A DNA stretch of 64,000 nucleotides. Source: the human T2T-CHM13v2.0 reference genome, Homo sapiens. The position numbers and the translations under genes were made by a program. The first letter of the stretch is position 1, and each line of letters starts with the position of its first letter. The stretch lies in the NCBI RefSeq assembly GCF_009914755.1, contig NC_060933.1; one strand, given 5' to 3'. The notes below the pieces were generated by a model that had not been told where the DNA came from, did no database searches, and worked only from the letters and a program-made list of their open reading frames with translations. Shown here one piece after another: positions 1 to 11,100 of the stretch.

Positions 1-381
1 CCATTCCATTCCATTACGGATGATTCCATTCCATTGCATTCCATTCCATTCCATTCCCCTATACTCGGATTGATTCCGTTCCATTCTATTCTAATCCATG
101 CCATTCCACTCGTGTAGATTCCATTCTTTCCATTCCATTCAAGTTGAATCCATTCCATTGCATTCCATTCCATTTGATTCCATTCGATTGCACTCGGGTT
201 GATTCCATGGCATTGCATTCCATTCAATTCCATTCCATTCCATTCCATTCCGTTCCATTCCATTCCATTCCATTCTATTCGGATTAATTCCATTCCATTC
301 CATTCCATTCCATTCTATTCCATTCCATTGCAATCGAGTTGAATCCATTGCATTTCATTCCATTCCATTCCATTCCATTCC

Positions 382-396
382 ATTCCGGAAGATTCC
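382..396. promoter_or_regulatory. Perfect three-unit heat-shock element motif nTTCnnGAAnnTTCn (representative of ~43 copies)
   Basis: attccggaagattcc = aTTCc gGAAg aTTCc, three contiguous inverted nGAAn units. Motif match is direct; binding is inferred. Confidence 0.6.
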
Positions 397-3300
397 ATTC
401 CTTTGCATTCCATTCCATTCCATTCCCCTGCACTCGCGTTGATTCCATTCCATTCCATTCCATTCCATTCCGTTCCGTTCCATTCCATTCCATTCCATTC
501 CATTCCGTTCCGTTCCATTCCATTCCATTCCATTCTATTCGGGTTAATTCCATTCCATTCCACTCAATTGAAATCGAGTTGATTCCATTCCATTCCATTC
601 CATTCCTTTCCATTCCATTACGGATGATTCCATTCCATTGCATTCCATTCCATTCCATTCCCCTGTACTCCGGTTTATTCCATTCCCGTCCATTCCAATC
701 CATTCCATTCCACTCGTGTTGATTCAATTCTTTCCATTCCATTCAAGTTGAATCCATTCCATTGCATTCCATTCCATTCGATTCCATTCGATTGCGCTCG
801 GGTTGATTCCATTCCATTGCATTCCATTCCATTCCATTCCATTCCATTCCATTCCATTCCGTTCCATTCCATTACATTCGGATTGATTCTATTCAATTCC
901 CTTACACTCCATTACATTCCATTCCATTCGGGTAGTTTCCATTCCATTCCATTCTATCCCTCTCCATTCCATTGCACTCGGGTTGATTCAATTCCATTGC
1001 ATTCCATTCCATTCCATTCCATTCCATTCCGTTGCATTCCATTCCATTACATTCGGATTGATTCTATTCAACTCCCTTACTCTCCATTCCATTCCATTCC
1101 ATTCGCGTTGTTCCATTCCATTCCATTCCATTCCACTCCATTCCATTGCACTCGGGTTGATTCCATTCCATTCCATTCCATTCCATTCCATTCCATTCCG
1201 GATGATTCCATTCCATTGCATTCCGTTCCATTACATTCCCCTGCCCTCGCGTTGATTCCATTCCATTCCATTCCATTCCATTCAATTCCATTCCATTACA
1301 ATTCGTTCCATTCCATTCTATTCCGTACCATTCCATTCCATTCCATACCATTCCATTCCATTCCATTCCATTCCGTTCCATTCCGTTCCATTCAATTCCA
1401 TTCCATTCCATTCCATTCCATTCCATTCTATTCCATTCCATTGCAATCGAGTTGAATCCATTGCATTTCATTCCATTCCATTCCATTCCATTCCATTCCA
1501 TTCCATTCCGGAAGATTCCATTCCATTGCATTCCATTCCATTCCATTCCCCTGCACTCGCGTTGATTCCATTCCATTCCATTCCATTCCATTCCGTTCCG
1601 TTCCGTTCCATTCCATTCCATTCCATTCCATTCCGTTCCGTTCCATTCCATTGCATTCTATTCTATTCGGGTTAATTCCATTCCATTCCATTCGATTGCA
1701 ATCGAGTTGATTCCATTCCATTCCATTCCATTCCATTCCATTCCATTCCTTTCCATTCCATTACGGATGATTCCATTCCATTGCGTTCCATACCATTCCA
1801 TTCCCCTATACTCGGGTTGATTCCATTCCATTCCATTCCAATCCATGCCATTCCACTCGTGGTGATTCCATTCTTTCAATTCCATTCAAGTTGAATCCAT
1901 TCCATTGCATTCCATTCCATTCGATTCCATTCGATTGCACTCGGGTTGATTCCATTCCATTGCATTCCATTCCATTCCGTTCAATTCCATTTCATTACAT
2001 TCAGATTGATTCTATTCAATTCTCTTACACTCCATTATATTCCAATCCATTCTGGTTGTCTCCATTCCATTCCATTCCATTTCACTCCATTCCATTGCAC
2101 TCGGGTTGATTCCATTCCATTCCATTCCATTGCATTCTATTCCATTCCATTCCGGATGATTCCATTCCATTGCATTCCATTCCATTCCATTCCCCTGCAC
2201 TCGGGTTGATTCCATTCCATTCCATTACATTACATTCCGTTCCATTCCATTCCATTGCATTCGGATTGATTCTATTCAATTCCCTTACACTCCATTCCAT
2301 TCCATTCCATTCGGGTAGTTTCCATTCCATTCCATTCCATTCCTCTCCATTCCATTGCACTCGGGTTGATTCCATTCCATTCCATTCCATTCCATTCCAT
2401 TACATTAAATTCCATTCCATTCCGTTCCATTGTACTCGGGTTGATTCCATTCCATTGCATTCCATTCCATTCCATTCCATTCCATTCCATTCCATTCCAT
2501 TCCGTTCCATTCCATTACATTCGGATTGATTCTATTCAACTCCCTTACTCTCCATTACATTACATTCCATTCGGGTTGTTCCATTCCATTCCATACCATT
2601 CCACTCCATTCCATTGCGCTCGGGTTGATTTCATTCCATTCCATTCCACTCCATTCCAGTCCTTTCCATTCCATTCCACTCGGGTTGATTCCAATGTATT
2701 CCTTTCCATTCCATTCCATTGCATTGCAATCAAGTTGATTCCATTGCTTTGCATTCCATTCCATTCCATTCCATTCCGGATGATTCCATTCCATTGCATT
2801 CCATTCCATTCCATTCCCCTGCACTCGGGTTGATTCCATTCCATTCCACTCCATTCCGTTCCATTCCATTCCATTCCATTGTATTCGGGTTAATTCCATT
2901 CCATTCCATTCCATTCCATTCCATTCCATTCCATTACTATCGAGTTGATTCCATTCCATTCCATTCCATTCCAGTCCTTTCCATTCCATTCCACTCGGGT
3001 TGATTCCATTCTATTAGTTTCCATTCCATTCCATTCCCTTCCATTCCACTCTGGTTGATTCCATTCCTTTAAATTCCACTCGAATACATTCCCTCCTATT
3101 CCACTCGCAACGATTCCATTCCATTCCATTCCATTCCATTCCATTCCATTCCATTCCATTCCATTGCATTCCATTCCATTCCATTCCATTCCATTCCGTT
3201 CCCTTCCATTCCATTCCATTACATTCGGATTGATTCTATTCAATTCCCTTACACTCCATTACATTCCATTCCATTCGTGTAGTTTCCATTCCATTCCATT

Positions 3301-3759
3301 CCATTCCTTTCCATTCCATTGCACTCGGGTTGATTCCATTCCATTCCATTCCATTCCATTCCATTCCATTCCATTCCATTCCATTCCATTTCATTCCGGA
3401 TGATTCCATTCCATTGAATTCCATTCCATTCCATTCCCCTCCACTTGGGTTGATTCCATTCCATTCCATTCCATTCCTTTCCGTTCCATTCCATTCCATT
3501 CCATTCCATTCCATTCCATTCCATTGTATTCGTGTTAATTCCATTCCATTCTATTCCATTCCATTCCATTGAAATCGAGTTGATTCCATTCCATTCCATT
3601 CCATTTCCATTCCATTCCGGATGATTCCATTCAATTGCATTCCATTCCATTCCATTCCCCTGCACTCGGGTTGAATCCATTCCATTCCATTCCATTACAT
3701 TCCGTTCCATTCCATTGCATTCCATTCTATTCGGGTTAATTCCATTCCATTCCATTCCA

Positions 3760-5400
3760 CTCCATTCCAGTCCTTTGCATTCCATTCCACTAGGGTTGAT
3801 TCCATTCTATTCCTTTCCATTCCATTCCATTCCATTGCAATCGAGTTGATTCCATTCGAGTTGAATCCATTCCATTCCATTCCATTACATTACATTGCAC
3901 ACGGGTTCATTCCATTCCATTCCATTCCATTCCATTCCATTCCATTCCATTCCATTCCATTCCATTCCATTTCATTCCGTTCCATTCTATTCCGTACCAT
4001 TCCATTCCATCCCATTCCATTCCATTCCATTCCATTCCATTCCATGCCATTACACTCAGGTTGATTCCATTCCTTTCCATTCCATTCTTGTTGAATCCAT
4101 TCCATTCCATTCCATTCCATTCGAATCCTTTCCATTGCACTCGGGTTGATTCCATTCCATTCCGTTCCATTCCATTTCATTCCATTCCATTCCATTACAT
4201 TCGGATTGATTCTATTCAGTTCCCTTACACTCCATTACATTCCATTCCATTCGGGATGTTTCCATTCCATTCCATTCCATTCCACTCCATTCCATTGCAT
4301 CGGGTTGATTGCATTCCATTCCATTCCATTCCATTCTGGATGATTCCATTCCATTGCATTCCATTCCATTCCATTCCCCTGCACTCGGGTTGATTACATT
4401 CCATACCATTCCCTTCCATTCCTTTCCATTCCATTCCATTCCATTGCAATCGAGTTGATTCCATTCCATTCCATTCCATTCCATTCCATTCCATTCCATT
4501 CCGGATGATTGCATTCCATTGCTTTCCATTCCATTCCATTCCCCTGCACTCGGGTTGATTCCATTCCATTTCATTCCATTACATTCCGTTCCATTCCATT
4601 CCATTCCATTCTATTCTGGTTAATTCCATTCCATTCCATTCTGGTTAATTCCATTCCATTCCATTGCAATCCAGTTGATTCCATTCCATTCCATTCCATT
4701 CCATTCCATTGCATTCCAATCGATTTGATTCCATTCCATTCCATTCCATTCCACTCCATTCCAGTCCTTTCCATTCCATTCATCTCGGGTTGATTCCATT
4801 CTATTCCTTTCCATTCCATTCCATTCCATTGCACTCAGGTTGATTCCTTTCGAGTTGAATCCATTCCATACCATTCCATTCCATTACATTGCACACGGGC
4901 TCATTCCATTCCATTCCATTCCATTCCATTCCATTTCATTCCATTCCATTCTATTCCGTACCATTCCATTCCATCCCATTCCATTCCATTCCATTCCATG
5001 CCATTACACTCGGGTTGATTCCATTCCTTTCCATTCCATTCTTGTTGAATCCATTCCATTCCATTCCATTCCATTCGAATCCATTCCATTGCACTCGGGT
5101 TGATTCCATTCCATTCCATTCCATTCCATTTCATTCCATTCCATTACATTACATTCCGATTCATTCTATTCAATTCCCTTACACTCCATTACATTCCATT
5201 CCATTCGGGATGTTTCCATTCCATTCCATTCCATTCCACTCCATTCCATTGCATCGGGTTGATTCCATTCCATTCCATTCCATTCCATTCCATTCCATTC
5301 CGGATGATTCCATTCGATTGCATTCCTTTGCATTCCATTCCCCTGCACTCGGGTTGATTACATTCCATTTCCTTCCCTTCCATTCGTTTCCATTCCATTC
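3760..5400 (+). repeat. Older ~0.95-1.0 kb tandem duplication with private variants
   Basis: cgagttgaatcc 3857/4851; cttgttgaatcc 4087/5041; cgggatgtttcc 4252/5206; gcatcgggttg 4297/5251. Boundaries approximate. Confidence 0.8.
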
Positions 5401-5750
5401 CATTCCATTCTATTCGGGTGAATTCCATTCCATTCCATTCCATTCCATTCCATTCCATTCCATTGCAATCGAGTTGATTCCATTCCATTCCATTCCATTC
5501 CATTCCATTCCATTCCATTCCATTGCAGTCGAGTTGATTCCATTCCATTCCATTCCATTCCATTCCACTCGTGTTGATTCCATTCCTTTCCATTCCATTC
5601 GGTTTGAAGCCATTCCATTCCATTTAATTCCATTCCATTCCATTCCATTCCATTCCATTCCATTCCATTGTACTCGGGTTGATTCCATTCCATTTCATTC
5701 CATTCCATTCCATTCAATTCCATTCCGTTCCATTCCATTCCATCACTTTC

Positions 5751-5850
5751 GGATTGATTCTATTCAACTCCCTTACTCTCAATTACATTCCATTCCATTC
5801 GGATTGATTCTATTCAACTCCCTGACTCTCCATTACATTCCATACCATTC
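5751..5850 (+). repeat. 50-bp tandem duplication of ggattgattctattcaactccct module (also 9161-9260, 32671-32770, 36081-36180)
   Basis: ggattgattctattcaactc at 5751 and 5801, first unit marked by ctctcaattac. Confidence 0.85.
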
Positions 5851-8800
5851 GGGTTGTTCCATTCCATTCCATTCCATTCCACTCCATTCCATTGCACTCG
5901 GGTTGATTCCATTCCACTCCATTCCATTCCATTCTATTCCGGATGATTCCATTCCATTGCATTCCCTTCTATTACATTCCCCTGCACTCGCGTTGATTCC
6001 ATTCCATTCCATTCCATTCCATTCGATTCCATTCCATTCCAATTCGTTCCATTCCGTTCTATTCCGTACCATTCCATTCCATTCCATACCATTCCATTCC
6101 ATTCCATTCCATTCCATTCCGTTCCATTCCATTCCATTCCATTCTATTAGGGTTAATTCCATTCCATTCCATTCCATTCCATTCCATTCTATTCCATTCC
6201 ATTGCAATCGAGTTGAATCCATTGCATTCCATTCCATTCCATTCCATTCTATTCAGGTTAATTCCATTCCATTCCATTCCATTCGATTGCAATCGAGTTC
6301 ATTCCATTGCATTCCATTCCTTTCCATTCCATTACTGATGATTCCATTCCATTGCATTCCATTCCATTCCATTCTCCTGTACTCGGGTTGATTCCATTCC
6401 ATTCCATTCCAATCCATGCCATTCCACTCGTGTTGATTCCTTTCTTTCCATTCCATTCAAGTTGAATCCATTCCATTGCGTTCCATTCAATTCGATTCCA
6501 TTCGATTGCACTCGGGTTCATTCCATTCCGTTGCATTCCATTCCATTCCATTCCATTCCATTCCGTTCCATTCCATTCCACTACATTCGGATTGATTCTT
6601 TTCAATTCCCTTACACTATATTACATTCCATTCCATTCGGGTAGTTTCCATTCCATTCCATTCCATTCCACTCCATTCCACTGCACTCGGGTTGATTCCA
6701 TTCCATTCCATTCCATTCCATTCCATTGTACTCGGGTTGATTCCATTCCATTGCATTCCATTCCATTCCATTCCATACCATTCCATTCCATTCCGTTCCA
6801 TTCCATTACATTCGGATTTATTCTATACAACTCCCTTACTCTCCATTACATTCCATTCCATTCGGGTTGTTCCATTCCATTCCATTCCATTCCACTCCAT
6901 TCCATTGCACTCGGGTTGATTCCATTCCATTCCATTCCATTCCATTTAATTCCATTCCATTCCGGATGATTCCATTCCATTGCATTCTGTTCCATTACAT
7001 TCCCCTGCACTCGGGTTCATTCCATTCCATTCCATTCCCTTGCATTCGATTCTATTCCATTCCAATTCTTTCCATTCCATTCTATTCCGTACCATTCCAT
7101 TCCATTCCATACAATTCCATTCCATTCCATTCCATTCCATTCCATTCCATTCCGTTCCGTTCCGTTCCGTACCGTTCCGTTCCATTCCATTCCATTCCAT
7201 TCTATTCGGGTTAATTCCATTCCATTCCATTCCATTCCATTCTATTCCATTCCATTGCAATCGAGTTGAATCCATTCCATTCCATTCCATTCCATTCCAT
7301 TCCATTCCATTCCATTCCGGAAGATTCCATTCCATTGCATTCCATTCCATTCCATTCCCCTGCACTCGCATTTATTCCTTTCAATTCCATTTCATTCCAT
7401 TCCATTTCATTCCGTTCCTCTCCATTCCATTGCATTCCATTCCATTCCATTCCATTCCATTCCGTTCCGTTCCGTTCCATTCCATTCCATTCCATTCTAT
7501 TCGGGTTAATTCCATTCCATTCCATTCGATTGCAATCGAATTGATTCCATTCCATTCCATTCCATTCCATTCCATTCCATTCCTTTCCATTCCATTATGG
7601 ATGATTCCATTCCATTGCATTCCATTTCATTCCATTCCCCTGTACTCGGGTTGATTCCATTGCATTCCATTCCATTCCATGCCATTCCACTCGTGTTGAT
7701 TCCATTCTTTCCATTCCATTCAAGATGAATCCATTCCATTGCATTCCATTCCATTCAATTCCATTTGATTGCACTCGGGTTGATTCCATTCAATTGCATT
7801 CCATTCCATTCCATTCCATTCCATTCCATTCCATTCCATTCCGTTCCATTCCATTCCATTACATTCGGATTGATTCTATTCAATTCCCTTACACTCCATT
7901 ACATTCCATTCCATTCGCGATGTTTCCATTCCATTCCATTCCATTCCACTCCATTCCATTGCATCGGGTTCATTGCATTACATTCCATTCCATTCCATTC
8001 CATTCCGGATGATTCCATTCCATTGCATTCCATTCCATTCCGTTCCCCTGCACTCGGGTTGATTACATTCCATTTCCTTCCCTTCCATTCCTTTCCATTC
8101 CATTCCATTCCATTCTATTCGGGTGAATTCCATTCCATTCCATTCCATTCCATTCCATTCCATTCCATTCCATTGCAATCGAGTTGATTGCATTCCATTC
8201 CATTCCATTCCGTTCCGGATGATTCCATTCCATTGCATTCCATTCCATTCCATTCCCCTGCAGTCGGGTTGATTCCATTCCATTCTATTCCATTCCATTC
8301 CATTCCATTCCATTCCGTTCCATTCCATTCCATTCTATTCGGGTTAATTCCATTCCATTCCATTCCATTCCATTCCAATCGAGTTGATTCCATTCCATTC
8401 CATTCCGTTCCATTCCACTCCATTCCAGTCCTTTCCATTCCATTCCACTCGGGTTGATTCCATTCTATTCCTTTCCATTCCATTCCATTACATTGTAATC
8501 GAGTTGATTCCATTGATTTGCATTCCATTCCATTCCATTCCATTCCGGATGATTCCATTCCATTGCATTCCATTCCATTCCATTCCCCTGCCCTCGGGTT
8601 GATTCCATTCTATTCCACTCCATTCCTTTCCATTCCATTCCATTCCATTGTATTCGGGTTAATTCCATTCCGTTCCATTCCATTCCATTCCATTCAATTA
8701 CAATCGAGTTGATTCCATTCCATTCCATTCCATTCCTTTCCATTCCATTCCACTCGGGTTGATTCCATTCTATTAGTTTCCATTCCATTCCATTCCCTTC

Positions 8801-10215
8801 CATTCCACTCTGGTTGATTCCATTCGTTTCCATTCCACTCGAATACATTCCCTCCTATTCCACTCGGAATGATTCCATTCCATTCCATTCCATTCCATTC
8901 CATTCCATTCCATTTCGTTCCATTCCATTCTATTCCGTACCATTCCATTCCATTCCATTCCATTCCATTCCATTCCACTCGTGTTGATTCCATTCCTTTC
9001 CATTCCATTCGGTTTGAAGCCATTCCATTCCATTCAATTCCATTCCATTCCATTCCATTCCATTCCATTTCATTCCATTGTAATCGGGTTGATTCCATTC
9101 CATTGCATTCCCTTCCATTCCATTCAAATCCATTCCGTTGCATTCCATTCCATTACATTTGGATTGATTCTATTCAACTCCCTTACTCTCAATTACATTC
9201 CATTCCATTCGGATTGATTCTATTCAACTCCCTTACTCTCCATTACATTCCATTCCATTCGGGTTGTTCCATTCCATTCCATTCCATTCCACTCCATTCC
9301 ATTGCACTCGGGTTGATTCCATTCCACTCCATTCCATTCCATTCTATTCCGGATGATTCCATTCCACTGCATTCCGTTCTATTACATTCCCCTGCACTAG
9401 CGTTGATTCCATTCCATTCCATTCCATTCCATTCGATTCCATTCCATTCCAATTCGTTCCATTCCATTCTATTCCGTACCATTCCATTCCATTCCATACC
9501 ATTCCATTCCATTCCATTCCATTCCGTTCCGTTCCATTCCGTTCCATTCCATTCCATTCCATTCTATTAGGGTTAATTCCATTCCATTCCATTCCATTCC
9601 ATTCTATTCCATTCCATTGCAATCGAGTTGAATCCATTGCATTCCATTCCATTCCATTCCATTCCATTCCGGAAGATTCCATCCCATTGCATTCCATTCC
9701 ATTCCATTCCCCTGCACTCGCGTTGATTCCATTCCATTCCATTCCATTCCATTCCATTCCATTCCATTCCATTCCATTCCGATCCGTTCCATTCCATTCC
9801 ATTCCATTCCATTCCATTCCATTCCGTTCCGTTCCATTCCATTCCATTCCATTCCATTCCATTCCATTCTATTCGGGTTAATTCCATTCCATTCCATTCG
9901 TTTACAATCGAGTTGATTCCATTCCATTCCATTCCATTCCATTCCATTCCATTCCATTCCATTCCTTTCAATTCCATTACGGATGATTCCATTCCATTGC
10001 ATTCCATTCCATTCCATTCCCCTATACTCGGGTTGATTCCATTCCATTCCATTCCAATCCATGCCATTCCACTCGTGTTGATTCCATTCTTTCCATTCCA
10101 TTCAAGTTGAATCCATTCCATTGCATTCCATTCCATTCCATTGCACTCGGGTTGATTCCATTCCATTGCATTCCATTCCTTTCCATTCCATTCCATTCCA
10201 TTCCGTTCCATTCCA

Positions 10216-11100
10216 TTTCATTACATTCAGATTGATTCTATTCAATTCCCTTACACTCCATTATATTCCAATCCATTCTGGTTGTCTCCATTCCATTCCA
10301 TTCCATTTCACTCCATTCCATTGCACTCGGGTTGATTCCATTCCATTAAATTCCATTGCATTCCATTCCATTCCATTCCGGATGATTCCATTCCATTGCA
10401 TTCCATTCCATTCCATTCCCCTGCACTCGGGTTGATTCCATTCCATTCCATTCCATTACATTCCGTTCCATTCCATTCCATTCCATTCGGATTGATTCTA
10501 TTCAATTCCCTTACACTCCATTACATTCCATTGCATTCGGGTAGTTTCCATTCCATTCCATTCCATTCCATTCCTCTCCATTCCATTGCACTCGGGTTGA
10601 TTCCATTCCATTGCATTCCATTCCATTCCATTCAATTCCATTCCATTATGTTCCATTCCATTTCATTACATTCAGATTGATTCTATTCAATTCCCTTACA
10701 CTCCATTATATTCCAATCCATTCTGGTTGTTTCCATTCCATTCCATTCCATTTCATTCCATTCCATTGCACTCGGGTTGATTCCATTCCATTCCATTCCA
10801 TTGCATTCCATTCCATTCCATTCCGGATGATTCCATTCCATTGCATTCCATTCCATTCCATTCCCCTGCACTCGGGTTGATTCCATTCCACTCCATTACA
10901 TTACATTCCGTTCCATTCCATTCCATTCCATTCGGATTGATTCTATTCAATTCCCTTACACTCCATTACATTCCATTCCATTCGGGTAGTTTCCATTCCA
11001 TTCCATTCCATTCCTCTCCATTCCATTGCACTCGGGTTGATTCCATTCCATTGCATTCCATTCCATTCCATTCAATTCCATTCCGTTCCATTCCATTCCA
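10216..11100 (+). repeat. 445-bp tandem duplication (also at 37141-38025)
   Basis: tttcattacattcagattgattc at 10216 and 10661; ORF pairs 10261..10446/10706..10891 and 10308..10505/10753..10950 are offset by 445. Confidence 0.85.

Noticed and set aside
383-390. TTCCGGAA as a STAT GAS site or hairpin
   Set aside because: GAS needs TTC-N3(4)-GAA and this has N2; an 8-bp palindrome is too short for a meaningful cruciform.
881-900. gattgattctattcaa as a DUX4 site
   Set aside because: Does not match the TGATT(A/G)(A/G)ATTA-type consensus well; DUX4 binding is known for HSat2.
4889-6391. 500-aa plus-strand IPFHS-repeat ORF, repeated at 31809-33311
   Set aside because: Translation of (CATTC)n from a non-ATG start; its identical second copy is explained by the recent DNA duplication, not by selection.
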